From an uncultured Acidobacteriota bacterium (GTDB taxonomy: Bacteria; Acidobacteriota; Vicinamibacteria; Vicinamibacterales; SCN-69-37), in assembly GCA_963730095.1 (NCBI GenBank), contig CAVSQJ010000001.1, positions 689,599-753,598 of the forward strand: 64,000 nucleotides of DNA, written 5' to 3'. Under the pieces are notes generated by a model, which worked only from the letters and a program-made list of their open reading frames with translations, made no database searches and was not told where the DNA came from. Both the position numbers and the translations under genes were made by a program. Positions 1 to 9,694 of the stretch are shown piece after piece (the stretch's first letter is position 1; each line of letters starts with the position of its first letter).

Positions 1-1166
1 GCTCGCGGCCGCGATCAACCAGAACATGGGGTCGTTCACGCTCTCGCCGCTCGCGACGGAAATCGAGGCGCAGACCGTGCGCTGGATCGCCGAGCTCATC
101 GGATTTCCGGCCGGTGGCGACGGCGTGCTCGTGAGCGGCGGCAACATGGCGAACTTCGTGTGCTTTCTGGCGGCGCGCGCGGCGAAGGCGCCGTGGAACA
201 TCCGCGCCGAAGGACTCACGGGCCGCGCCGCGGCTGCGTGTGTACGCGTCGAGCGAGACGCACACATGGATGCAGAAGGCGGCGGATCTCTTCGGCCTCG
301 GGACCGACGCCATCCGCTGGATTCCGGTCGATCGGCGCCAGCGCATGGAGATCGCGGCGCTCGAGGCGCAGATCGATCGGGATCGCGCCAGCGGCGATCT
401 TCCGTTCCTTGTCGTCGGCACCGCCGGCTCGGTGAGCACGGGCGCGGTCGATCCGCTGCCCGCGATCGCGGCGGTCTGTCGCGCGCGCGATCTCTGGTTT
501 CACGTCGACGGCGCGTACGGCGCCCTCGCGGCGCTCGCGCCAGGCGCGCCGGAAGACCTCCGCGCGCTCGCGCTGGCGGACTCGGTCGCCGTCGATCCGC
601 ACAAGTGGCTGTACGCGCCGCTCGAGGCCGGCTGCGCGCTGGTGCGCCGGCCCGGCGATCTCACGCAGGCGTTTTCGTATCACCCGGCGTACTACCACTT
701 CGACGTCGAGCATGCGATCAACTTCGTCGACCGCGGCCCGCAGAACTCGCGCGGCTTCCGCGCGCTGAAGGTGTGGCTCGCGCTGCGCCAGGCCGGCCGC
801 GCCGGCGCGATTGGCATGATCGCCGACGACATGCGCCTCGCCCGGCGCCTCGACGCGCTCGTTCGCGAGCATCCCGAGTTCGAGCCGCTCTCGCAGGATC
901 TGAGCATTACGACGTTCCGCTACGTGCCCGCCGAGCTCGCCGCGCGCGCGGGCGCACCTGACGTCGAGAAGCACCTCGACGAGATCAACCAGGCGCTGCT
1001 GGCGCGCGTCGAGAGGAGCGGGGAAGCCTTTCTCTCGAATGCCGTCGTCAACGGCAAGTACGCCCTGCGCGCGTGCATCGTGAACTTCCGCACCACCGAC
1101 GCCGACATCGAGGGCGTGCTGCCGCTCCTCGCGCGACTGGCGAGCGACGGGGTCACTCGAGGCTGA
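1..1166 (+). pseudogene. PLP-dependent group II decarboxylase (aromatic-L-amino-acid/Glu decarboxylase family); 5' end outside window; frame broken near 220-240
   Basis: Frame of ORF 26..961 reads NQNMGSFTLSPLATEIEAQTVRWIAELIGFP..SGGNMANFVCFLAARA..AEGLTGR. The frame of ORF 240..1166 continues VYASSETHTWMQKAADLFGLG..HVDGAYGA..VDPHKWLY (PLP-Lys motif) to the stop at 1164-1166. Both halves are colinear parts of one fold. Confidence 0.75.
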
Positions 1167-1207
1167 GCCCGGCCGCCTTGACGGCCCCGGCGAACCGGCC
1201 GTAGACT

Positions 1208-1226
1208 CCCATCGTCTAACGATGGG
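1208..1226. promoter_or_regulatory. Candidate PadR operator: perfect palindrome CCCATCGT-CTA-ACGATGGG abutting the RBS of the PadR gene
   Basis: 8-bp perfect inverted arms with a 3-nt spacer, about 10 nt upstream of ATG 1236. A related 19-bp palindrome occupies the same position before the PadR gene at 12711. Confidence 0.45.
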
Positions 1227-1235
1227 AAGGACGCG

Positions 1236-1574
1236 ATGGGCCTGACCAACACCGCGCCCGACCTGCTGCCGGGCACGCTCGATCTGCTGATCCTCCGACT
1301 CCTGGCGCGCGACGCGCTGCACGGATACGCCATGGCGCAGCGACTCAAGGTCGTGTCGCAGGACGTGCTGCAGGTCGGCGAGAGCTCGCTGTACCCGGCG
1401 CTCCAGCGCCTGCTCGCGAGCGGGTGGGTGACCGCGGAGTGGGGCGCGTCGGAGAACAACCGGCGCGCGCGTTTCTACACCATCACCGCAGCGGGCAGAA
1501 AACGCCTGGCCGCCGAGCGTGCGGAGTTCGAGCGGATCGCCGGCGCGATCGCGCGCGTGCTCCAGTTAGCGTGA
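1236..1574 (+). CDS. PadR family transcriptional regulator (acidobacterial PadR subtype)
   Basis: [61 protein letters not shown] is a typical PadR winged helix. It lies 7 nt upstream of the permease gene. Confidence 0.9.
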   Translation: MGLTNTAPDLLPGTLDLLILRLLARDALHGYAMAQRLKVVSQDVLQVGESSLYPALQRLLASGWVTAEWGASENNRRARFYTITAAGRKRLAAERAEFERIAGAIARVLQLA

Positions 1575-1581
1575 GCGCGCA

Positions 1582-4239
1582 ATGAAGCTCCTGCGTCGTC
1601 TCGCTCGATGGCCGTGGCGGCGCCAGGACGCCGCGCTCGCGGAAGAGATCGAGTACCACCGCGCGCAGATTCAGGCCGACCTCGAACGGCACGGCACGCC
1701 GGCGGCTGAGGCGGCCGCCGTCAGCCGGCGCGCGATGGGCAACCTCACGCTGGCTCGCGAGGACGCGCGCGAAGTCTGGATTGTCTCCTGGGCCGATCGC
1801 GTGTGGCGCGATGCGAAGCACGGCGTGCGCGGCCTGCGCCGCGAGCCGACGTTCGCGCTCACGACAATCATCACGCTTGCGCTCGGCGTGACCGCGACGA
1901 CCGCCGTGTTCAGCGTCGTCGACGCCGAGCTGTGGCGGCCGCTGCCGTTTCCGCGGCCCGAACAGCTCGTCGCGATCTACTCGCATGGCCCGTCGTCTCG
2001 CACGCTGGCCGATGGGCACACCATGGCCGACTTGCAGGAGTGGCGGACGAGCGCGCCCGCGTTCTCCGGCATCGCGGCGTCGGGCGACACGACGCGCCGC
2101 GTGCTCCAACTCGACACCGCCGAGTCCGTCGTTGTGGACGAGGTCACGTCGAACTATTTCGCCCTGCTGGGCAAGGCGCCGATTGCGGGCCGGACGTTTA
2201 CCGAGGTCGATGCCGGTCCGCGCGAGGCCGTGCTCACCGACCGCGCCTGGCGCCGTCTCTTCAATGGCGACGCGTCGGTCGTCGGCCGATCGTTCGCGCT
2301 CGACGGCCAGCCGACGACGATTGCCGGCATCGTGACTGCCGATGACGTCCTCGGCCCGGATCCCGATCTCTTCATCGCCATCTCCGATCGCCCGCCGGGC
2401 GGCGCGGTCGCGGGGGCGTCGGTGTTCGGTGTGATCGGCAGGCTGCGCCCGGGCGTGAGCGTCGAGGCGGCGAGGTCCCAACTGCAGGCCCTCACGACGC
2501 GACGCACGGCCGCGTCCTCGGGCTCCGTGCCGCACACGATCGTGATCGAGGACTTGCGGACGTACTACACCGGCTCGAGCTGGCATCCGCTCGTCTTTTT
2601 TCTCGGCGCGTCCCTGGTCGTGCTGCTGCTGAGCGCGGTGAACGCGGCGACGCTGCTGCTCGCGCGGGCCTCGCGGCGGACGCGCGAGTTCGCCCTGCGA
2701 GGCGCGCTAGGCGGCGGCAGCAGCGCGCTGGCGCGCCAGCTCGTCGTCGAAGGCGCCCTGCTCGCGATCCCCGCGGGCGCGCTCGGGCTGTTGCTTGCGG
2801 GCTGGGCGGTCCGTGCCGTCACGACGGCGCTTCCCGAGCGTCTTCTGCAGCACGGCACGCGCATTCCCGTCGACACGCGCGCCGCGGCATTTGCGGTCGT
2901 GGTGACGATGGCGACGACGGTGGTGTTCGCGCTTGCGCCGATCGCGTTCGCTCGGCGCATCAATCTATCGGGCGCGCTTGGACAGGGTGAGCGGAGCGGC
3001 CAGTCGGCCGCGGCAGGGCGTGCGCGCCTCGCGCTCGTCACCGTGCAAATCGCGCTGACGATGATGTTGCTCTTCGGCGCGGGAATTTTCGTGAAGAGCT
3101 TCGCGGCGCTCACGCACGTGCCGCTCGGGTTCGATCCGGCGAGCGCGATCTCGCTGCGCGTGTCGCTCAGCGGCCCGCGCTATTCAAGCGAGGGGGCCAT
3201 TCGCGACTATGCCCAGCAGCTGCTCGAGGGCGCGCGCGCCGTGCCCGGCGTGCAGCAGGCCGCGATCGGCACGAGCTCGCCGCTCGGCAGCGGTCCGCTC
3301 ATCCGCTCCGTCGCGCGGGACCTCCCGCGGCCGGCGGCCGGCAACGAGCCGCGCGCGATTCTCCGCGCGGTCGATGCGGGCTACTTTCGCACGCTGGGCA
3401 TCCGCCTCGTGCATGGCCGCGAGTTCACGCCTGAAGATACGGCCGCCGCGCCGCGTGTGGCGATCGTCAACGAAGCGCTTGCGCGCCAGATATTTGGCGA
3501 CGCGAGCCCGCTGGGCCGCGCGCTCGAGTTCGTTGCGCGGTCCGGGCGTTGGGCCTCCCAGGTCGATTCCGCGGTCATCGTCGGCGTCGCGTCCAACGTC
3601 AAGGAAGTGGGACTGAACGAGGTCGAGTTCGGAGACGTGTACCTGCCCTTTGCGCAGCTCCCATCGCCGTCAATCGAGCTCGTCGCGCGAACTGGCGTGC
3701 CGCCGCTCGGCGTGGCGGACGCGCTGCGGCAGCGCGCCGCGCGCGTCGATCCGGCGATGCCCGTCACGAGCCTCACCACGTTCGATACACGCGTGATCAG
3801 GGCGCTGCAGGGCGACCGGTTCAATCTGATTCTCATCGGCAGCTTCGCCGGCCTGGCGCTGCTGCTCGCCGCGATCGGGATCTACGGCGCCGTCGCGTAC
3901 CACGTGCAGGCGCGCACGCGCGAGTTCGGCGTCCGCCTCGCGCTTGGCGCGCGGCCGGCGCGACTGGTCGCCGCGGCGCTCTGGCAGAGCGCGCGGCTGG
4001 GCCTCGTCGGCGCCGCGCTTGGCCTGACCGGAACGCTCGCCCTCGCCGTGCCGCTTGGCAACGCCCTCTACCTCGTGCCCGGCGACCACGAGGGCTTGCT
4101 CTACGGCGTGAGCACCACCGACCCGGCGATGCTGGCGCTGGCTGGTCTTGGCATCGTGTTGATGGCTCTCGCGGCGGGCGCCTTCCCGGCACGGCGCGTG
4201 GCGCGCGTCGATCCCGTCCTCGCCTTGAGGCAGCAGTAG
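1582..4239 (+). CDS. ADOP-type duplicated MacB/FtsX permease with N-terminal helical prefix
   Basis: 885 aa. Order: prefix (EEIEYHRAQIQADLERHGTPAAEA), TM, large periplasmic domain, FtsX TM block, second periplasmic domain, second FtsX block. C-terminus is ARRVARVDPVLALRQQ. Confidence 0.9.
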   Translation: MKLLRRLARWPWRRQDAALAEEIEYHRAQIQADLERHGTPAAEAAAVSRRAMGNLTLAREDAREVWIVSWADRVWRDAKHGVRGLRREPTFALTTIITLALGVTATTAVFSVVDAELWRPLPFPRPEQLVAIYSHGPSSRTLADGHTMADLQEWRTSAPAFSGIAASGDTTRRVLQLDTAESVVVDEVTSNYFALLGKAPIAGRTFTEVDAGPREAVLTDRAWRRLFNGDASVVGRSFALDGQPTTIAGIVTADDVLGPDPDLFIAISDRPPGGAVAGASVFGVIGRLRPGVSVEAARSQLQALTTRRTAASSGSVPHTIVIEDLRTYYTGSSWHPLVFFLGASLVVLLLSAVNAATLLLARASRRTREFALRGALGGGSSALARQLVVEGALLAIPAGALGLLLAGWAVRAVTTALPERLLQHGTRIPVDTRAAAFAVVVTMATTVVFALAPIAFARRINLSGALGQGERSGQSAAAGRARLALVTVQIALTMMLLFGAGIFVKSFAALTHVPLGFDPASAISLRVSLSGPRYSSEGAIRDYAQQLLEGARAVPGVQQAAIGTSSPLGSGPLIRSVARDLPRPAAGNEPRAILRAVDAGYFRTLGIRLVHGREFTPEDTAAAPRVAIVNEALARQIFGDASPLGRALEFVARSGRWASQVDSAVIVGVASNVKEVGLNEVEFGDVYLPFAQLPSPSIELVARTGVPPLGVADALRQRAARVDPAMPVTSLTTFDTRVIRALQGDRFNLILIGSFAGLALLLAAIGIYGAVAYHVQARTREFGVRLALGARPARLVAAALWQSARLGLVGAALGLTGTLALAVPLGNALYLVPGDHEGLLYGVSTTDPAMLALAGLGIVLMALAAGAFPARRVARVDPVLALRQQ

Positions 4240-4302
4240 GCTCGAATTTTCAGAAAAACGTCACACAGAATTCAGAACTGCGGCGGTCCGCCTCCGTCAA
4301 TA

Positions 4303-5460
4303 ATGTGCGTGTTCACTGCCATGTTCCTGCGCCTGCCGCGAGGGTTCGGCGCTCGCCTCACGCGATTGTGGGCGGGGACGGCGGTGTGTGTCTTCGTGCT
4401 CGTCGGGCCAGCCCCGCGCGCCGCGCCGCCGCCGGCCGTCACCTTCGATGAGCTGTATCTCACCTACGCCGCCGGGGAGTACGACGTCGTCGAGCTCACG
4501 GTCCCGCGCGTGGACTATCGCAGCCTCAAGGTGCCCGACGCGGAGCACCTGAAGAAGTGGCTCGGCGCGTTCGACCGGCGGAAGGCCGCGTTCATTCTGG
4601 AGTTCGCGAGCGCGGCCGCCGGCCACGCGCCGGGCGGCGTGCTGACGACGCTCGGGGTCGGGCGCGCGTACGTCATGAGCCGGCCGGTGCCGCTTCACCT
4701 GTCGCGTACCGACGACGCGTTCGAGACCGCGTGGCACAAGAGCGCGATGGGCCTGCTCGAGAGCTGGTCGTTCGTCACCGCCGAGGACGTGTACCTCGAG
4801 GAGCTGATGAAGCGGTACGGCGCGTCGGGCGGCCTCGATCCCCGCTTCGTGCTCGAGCGCGCGATCGCGCAGGAACAACGCTGCGCGAGCGACGACAAGA
4901 TCGACAAACGGGACACGGCGGCGAGCGCCGTCGCCGCAGCCGCCAAGCCGACGCAGTCGCTCAGCGATCTTCTGACGCCGGTGACCGTCACGTCCGGCTC
5001 GGCGTGTCTGGCCGAAGCCAAGCACCGCTTTGCGCTCGCCGCGCTCGACCCGTCGACGGCAGCCGAGGCGAACACGCGCGGCGCCTGGGTGCAGTTCCAG
5101 CTCGGCGAGATCGCGGGCGCGCGCCTGACAATCGACAAGGTCGAAACGACGGACGATGCGGATCTCGCGTACTGGACGGCGCTGTTCCGCGGACGCATCA
5201 ACGATGCGGCAAACCGTCTGGCCGAAGCGGAACGCGCCTATCGGGCGGCGCTACAGGTGCGGCCGTCCGCGCAATCGGCCGCCATTGGCCTCGCGTTCAC
5301 GCTCTTCAGGATGGATCGGCGGGAGGAAGCGCGCGCGGCGGCCGGCGAGGCTCGCCGCCAGCCCGACGTCGCTTTTGATCCGTGGTGGAGGTATTTCGCC
5401 GGCGATGCGCGATTTCTCGCGACTTGGCGCGCCGAAATCCGCGGAGGGCTCGGGCAATGA
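4303..5460 (+). CDS. Hypothetical exported protein with TPR-like C-terminal region
   Basis: Hydrophobic N-terminus (alternative start M7 at 4321). The C-terminal helical-repeat-like sequence is AERAYRAALQVRPSAQSAAIGLAFTLFRMDRREEA. Its stop overlaps the next start (ATGA at 5457-5460). Confidence 0.55.
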   Translation: MCVFTAMFLRLPRGFGARLTRLWAGTAVCVFVLVGPAPRAAPPPAVTFDELYLTYAAGEYDVVELTVPRVDYRSLKVPDAEHLKKWLGAFDRRKAAFILEFASAAAGHAPGGVLTTLGVGRAYVMSRPVPLHLSRTDDAFETAWHKSAMGLLESWSFVTAEDVYLEELMKRYGASGGLDPRFVLERAIAQEQRCASDDKIDKRDTAASAVAAAAKPTQSLSDLLTPVTVTSGSACLAEAKHRFALAALDPSTAAEANTRGAWVQFQLGEIAGARLTIDKVETTDDADLAYWTALFRGRINDAANRLAEAERAYRAALQVRPSAQSAAIGLAFTLFRMDRREEARAAAGEARRQPDVAFDPWWRYFAGDARFLATWRAEIRGGLGQ

Positions 5461-6320
5461 GGCGCGCGCTGCCCGTCGTCATCGCCGTCGTGACGCTTTC
5501 GGCGCTGCCCGTCGCGCAGGGCGCCGTGTTTCGCGGAGGCACGGACGTCGTGACGCTTGCCGTCACGGTCCAGCGCGGCAAGACGCCGGTGCCAGGACTC
5601 CTCGCCGCGGATTTCGAGGTGCGGGACAGTGGCGTGCCGCAGGTCGTGACGGACGTGAGCTACAGCCGCATGCCAATCGATCTGCGGCTGGTGTTCGACA
5701 CGAGCGGCAGCATCACCGACGACCAGCTGCAGCGCTACCTCCGGGCGATGGTGCAGATCACGGGCACGCTTCAGGCGACCGATCGGTGCGACATCCTGGC
5801 GTTCTCGACGCGCGTGATCGAGCCGGCGACGCTGCAGGCGCCACCGATCGCGGTCAATCTGCGCCGCGCGCTGCCGAAGGCGACGTCGTTCTACGATGCG
5901 GTGGGCCTCTCGCTCGTGACCGCGCCCGTCGACGGCCGGCGGCAGCTCACGATCGTGCTGAGCGACGCCGACGACAACACGAGCTTCTTCGACTACGAGA
6001 TGATGCTCGAGATGGCGCGGCGCACGGACGCGGTCGTGTACGCCGTGACTCCGGCCGATGCGTGGCTGAGCGATCCCGATCGCGGCAAGATTTTTCGTGA
6101 GCGATTGCAGCGGCTGGCGCGGCTCACGGGAGGACGCGTGATTCCCGCGGAGGCCGACGTCGTGCCGGCCTTCCTTGGCGCGATCGAAGAGTTCCGGCAG
6201 AGCTACGTGGTCGTGTACACGGCCACAGGCGTTCCGCGCGGCGGCTTCCATCCGTTGACGGTCACCGTCCGCGGACAGAAGTCGCTCGCCGTGCGCACGC
6301 GGCAGGGGTATACGGGCTAG
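5457..6320 (+). CDS. VWA domain protein (acidobacterial VWFA-related type)
   Basis: Signal peptide MRRALPVVIAVVTLSALPVAQG. Contains FRGGTDVVTLAVTV, the MIDAS-like motif DLRLVFDTSGSI, and C-terminal HPLTVTVRG..VRTRQGY. Confidence 0.8.
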   Translation: MRRALPVVIAVVTLSALPVAQGAVFRGGTDVVTLAVTVQRGKTPVPGLLAADFEVRDSGVPQVVTDVSYSRMPIDLRLVFDTSGSITDDQLQRYLRAMVQITGTLQATDRCDILAFSTRVIEPATLQAPPIAVNLRRALPKATSFYDAVGLSLVTAPVDGRRQLTIVLSDADDNTSFFDYEMMLEMARRTDAVVYAVTPADAWLSDPDRGKIFRERLQRLARLTGGRVIPAEADVVPAFLGAIEEFRQSYVVVYTATGVPRGGFHPLTVTVRGQKSLAVRTRQGYTG

Positions 6321-6323
6321 CGT

Positions 6324-7520
6324 CTACTCGTCGTCGGCGGGCACGCCCGACCCGGCGTTACGATTCGCCTTCGTCACGAAGCTGATCTGCAGATCGAACT
6401 GCGCCGGCGTCGTCGTGTGGTAGCTCTGGAACGCGGCGGTATGGATGTCGCCGCCGCCGCCCGTGTCGATTTGCGCCCGCAATCCGCGCTTGTCCAACTC
6501 CGCCTTCACGGCATCCGGATCCCATGGCTGAATGCCGAACGAGATGTGATCGATGTTCGCACGGCGCGGAGGCGGCGGCGCGTTCGGATCGGCGCCACGG
6601 CCTCCCCCGCCAGCGCGAATGATGACGCCGCCGACGTCGCCGATCTCGCACTGGTTCTGCCGGCCGGTGTCCTTACCGAGCTTCCAGCCGAGTAGCGCCT
6701 GATAGAACGCGACTGTCTCTTTGTAGTTCGTGCACTGGAAGGAGATGTGATCGAGCCACACGGTATTCCAGCCCGTCGGGTCGAACGGCGCCGGTGCGCT
6801 GGTCTTCCCGTTGGCGGCCGACGTGCGCCGGTTCTTCATGTTGCCGTTGCTGATCTGCAGATCGAAGCCGTCTGGATCTTTCACGTGGAAGGATTGGAAG
6901 TCCTTACCCTGGTGATCGGCGACGGGATTGAGGCCGCGCTTCGTGAGCTCGGTCTCGACCTTCTTGGTGTCCCACGGCTCCACGCCCCAGCAGAAGCCGT
7001 CGACCACGAACTGACGCGGTTGCGCAGGCCCGCGCCCACCGCCGCGTCCCTGCCGACCGGCTGCCGCTGGATCGCCAGCGGCTGCGGGCGTCGGTGTCGG
7101 TGTTGCGGGCGGCGGCGCCGGCGGCGGCTGATACCCGCCGCGGATCACGAATCCGCCCCAGTTGCCGATGTCCAGCACCGCCTGCTTGCCGTCGTCGCTG
7201 CGAATTTTCCAGCCCATCAACGCGGCGTAGAACGCGGCTTCCTTCTGATAGTCGACGGCCTGACTGGAGAAGTGATCGAGGAGGACCGTCGTCCAGCCCG
7301 TCGCTTCGAACGGCAGCTTGGCCGGCGTCGTGTCGGGCGGCGGGCCCTGGCGCTGGCCCTGGCCGCGCGCGCCTGCGGGGTCTTGTCCTGCGTCGCGCCC
7401 GAACGCCAGCGCGGAAATCGGTCGAACGGCGACCGCGACGCCGAGCGCCTGCAGCAATTGCCGGCGCGAGATGCGGCCACGGTCGTACTCATTGAATAGT
7501 CTCGCGAGCCTGTCACTCAT
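6324..7520 (-). CDS. Tat-exported tandem VOC (glyoxalase/bleomycin-resistance fold) protein
   Basis: Twin-arginine signal ISRRQLLQALGVAVA. Two VOC-like halves (LDHFSSQAVDY.. and LDHISFQCTNY..), each with an R/G-rich loop. Confidence 0.75.
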   Translation of the reverse strand: MSDRLARLFNEYDRGRISRRQLLQALGVAVAVRPISALAFGRDAGQDPAGARGQGQRQGPPPDTTPAKLPFEATGWTTVLLDHFSSQAVDYQKEAAFYAALMGWKIRSDDGKQAVLDIGNWGGFVIRGGYQPPPAPPPATPTPTPAAAGDPAAAGRQGRGGGRGPAQPRQFVVDGFCWGVEPWDTKKVETELTKRGLNPVADHQGKDFQSFHVKDPDGFDLQISNGNMKNRRTSAANGKTSAPAPFDPTGWNTVWLDHISFQCTNYKETVAFYQALLGWKLGKDTGRQNQCEIGDVGGVIIRAGGGGRGADPNAPPPPRRANIDHISFGIQPWDPDAVKAELDKRGLRAQIDTGGGGDIHTAAFQSYHTTTPAQFDLQISFVTKANRNAGSGVPADDE

Positions 7521-7687
7521 CGGTCGCTCCTCCGGATGTCCGCGCAGGTTGGAAATTCGACCAGAGTATGCGCCGCCCGACGCCTGTTGGCAAGACGCGG
7601 GCGCCGCGCGCGAAGCCCGCGTCGGATATCATGCGCACGCGCGAGATCGTCGGCACGACGCCGCCACCATCGCGCGAGGAGCGCGTC

Positions 7688-9691
7688 ATGTTCCGGAAGA
7701 CGATCGGGCCGATGCTGGCGGGGAGTCTCGTGGTCGTTGTCTCCGCGGCACCTCAGCAGCCGCAGCAACCGCCACAAAATTTGACCGTCTGGGTGCCGCA
7801 CACCGTGACTCCCGAAGTCATCGACACCGACACGATCGCGAAGATCCGCACCGAGGGCATGGACCACTCGAAGATCATGTGGATCGAGCACAACCTCACC
7901 GACGTGTACGGCCCGCGGCCGATCGGATCGCCCAATCACAAAGCCGCCGCCGACTGGGCGGTGAAGACGATGACGAGCTGGGGGATGAAGAACGCGCACC
8001 TCGAGCCGTTCACGTGGCGCGGCGTCGGCTGGCTGCCCGGACGCGCGAGCGGGTACATCACGTCGCCCGTGAAAGCGAACGTCAAGTTCGAAGCGATTCC
8101 GTGGACGCCGTCGACCAACGGCACGGTGAGCGGCGAGGTCGTGCAGATTCTGCCGCCAGAGAATCCGACCGAGGCGGAGATGACGGCGTTTCTCACCGCG
8201 CTCGCGCCGAAGGTCAAGGGCGGCATCGTGATGGTGGGCGCATCGGTGACGGTGCCCGTCAACTTCAACGAGCCGCAGAAGCGCATTCCCGACGAGCAGG
8301 CGAAGGCGCGCTATCTGCCGCCCGATCCGAACGCGCCCGCGCGAGGCGGGCGCGGAGGACGCGGCGGTGGCGGCGGACGCGGGGGCGGTGGCGGCACGCC
8401 GACGCCGGAAGGGCATCTCTCCGCGCAGCAGGTGAACGCGCGCATCACGACGTTGCTTCGCGACAATCCCCCCGCGCTCCGGCTGACGCAGCAGGGCGGC
8501 GGCCGCCTTCCGGGTGTGATCGTCGCGCAAAACGGCGCCGGGCAGACGTACGAACAGGCGTCGCAGATCAGCCCGGGCGTGATTCTGCGGAACGACGACT
8601 ACGGCCGCATCTCGCGATTGATTGCGGACGGCACGCCGGTCTCCGTCGAGTTCAACGTCCAGAATCAGTACTTCCCCGAAGGGTCGACGTCGTACGTCAC
8701 GGTGGGCGAGATTCCCGGCACGGACAAAGCGGATGAGGTCGTCATGCTCGGCGGCCACCTCGACTCGTGGACCAGCGCGACGGGCGCGACCGACAACGCG
8801 ATTGGCTGCGCGATCATGCTCGAGGCCGCGCGCATTCTCGAGACCGTCGGGGCGAAGCCGCGCCGCACGATTCGCGTCGCGCTCTGGAGCGGCGAGGAAG
8901 AAGGCCTGCTCGGATCGTTTGCGTACGTCGCGAACCACTTCGGATCGGCCGAGCAGCCCAAGCCGGACTACGCCAAGCTCGACGCGTACTGGAACATCGA
9001 CGATGGCACCGGCCGCGTGCGCGGGGCGAACATTTTCGGGCCGCCCGAGGGCGCGATTGTGCTCGCGCAGTTCCTCAAGCCGTTCGAGGACTGGGGCATC
9101 TACGGCGCGTCGGCATCATCGGCGCGCGTCGAGGGCGGCAGCGACAACGGCGCGTTCGCCGTTGCGGGACTGCCCGGCATCGGCGCGCAGCAGGATCCGA
9201 TCGAATACAACAGCACGACCTGGCACACCGATCTCGACACCTACGAGCGCATCGTGCCCGACGACGTGATGAAGAACGCCGTGCTGAGCGCAGCGATCGT
9301 CTACAGCATCGCGAATCGCGACAAGATGATGCCGCGATTTCCGGCGGGGGAGATGCCGGCGGTGCCGCCGGCGCGTGGCGGCGGCGCGGGACGCGGCGGC
9401 GGAGCGCCGACCTCCGAAGCGCACCTGTATCTGGTGCCGAAGGGCAAGGCGCTGACGATCGCCGCGCCGGGCCTGGCCGGGATCACCGCCGGCGCGACCG
9501 CGGTCACGACGCCGCCCGCGACAGCGGCCATCGCCTCGCAGCCCGCGCACGGCAAGCTCGAGCTCAAGCCCGACGGGAGCTTCGTCTACACACCCGAGCG
9601 CGGGTTCTCGGGAACGGATACGTTCACGTACACGACGACCCGCGGCTCGACGACGACCAGTCCCGGGACGGTGACGCTGATCGTTCAGTAA
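7688..9691 (+). CDS. M28 family aminopeptidase with C-terminal Ig/cadherin-like domain
   Basis: Start chosen at MFRKTIGPMLAG (GAGGAG 7 nt upstream). M28 core is VMLGGHLDSW..TGATDNAIG..LWSGEEEGLLGS..SDNGAF. The tail KPDGSFVYTPERGFSGTDTFTYT is Ig-like. Confidence 0.85.
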   Translation: MFRKTIGPMLAGSLVVVVSAAPQQPQQPPQNLTVWVPHTVTPEVIDTDTIAKIRTEGMDHSKIMWIEHNLTDVYGPRPIGSPNHKAAADWAVKTMTSWGMKNAHLEPFTWRGVGWLPGRASGYITSPVKANVKFEAIPWTPSTNGTVSGEVVQILPPENPTEAEMTAFLTALAPKVKGGIVMVGASVTVPVNFNEPQKRIPDEQAKARYLPPDPNAPARGGRGGRGGGGGRGGGGGTPTPEGHLSAQQVNARITTLLRDNPPALRLTQQGGGRLPGVIVAQNGAGQTYEQASQISPGVILRNDDYGRISRLIADGTPVSVEFNVQNQYFPEGSTSYVTVGEIPGTDKADEVVMLGGHLDSWTSATGATDNAIGCAIMLEAARILETVGAKPRRTIRVALWSGEEEGLLGSFAYVANHFGSAEQPKPDYAKLDAYWNIDDGTGRVRGANIFGPPEGAIVLAQFLKPFEDWGIYGASASSARVEGGSDNGAFAVAGLPGIGAQQDPIEYNSTTWHTDLDTYERIVPDDVMKNAVLSAAIVYSIANRDKMMPRFPAGEMPAVPPARGGGAGRGGGAPTSEAHLYLVPKGKALTIAAPGLAGITAGATAVTTPPATAAIASQPAHGKLELKPDGSFVYTPERGFSGTDTFTYTTTRGSTTTSPGTVTLIVQ

Positions 9692-9694
9692 GCG

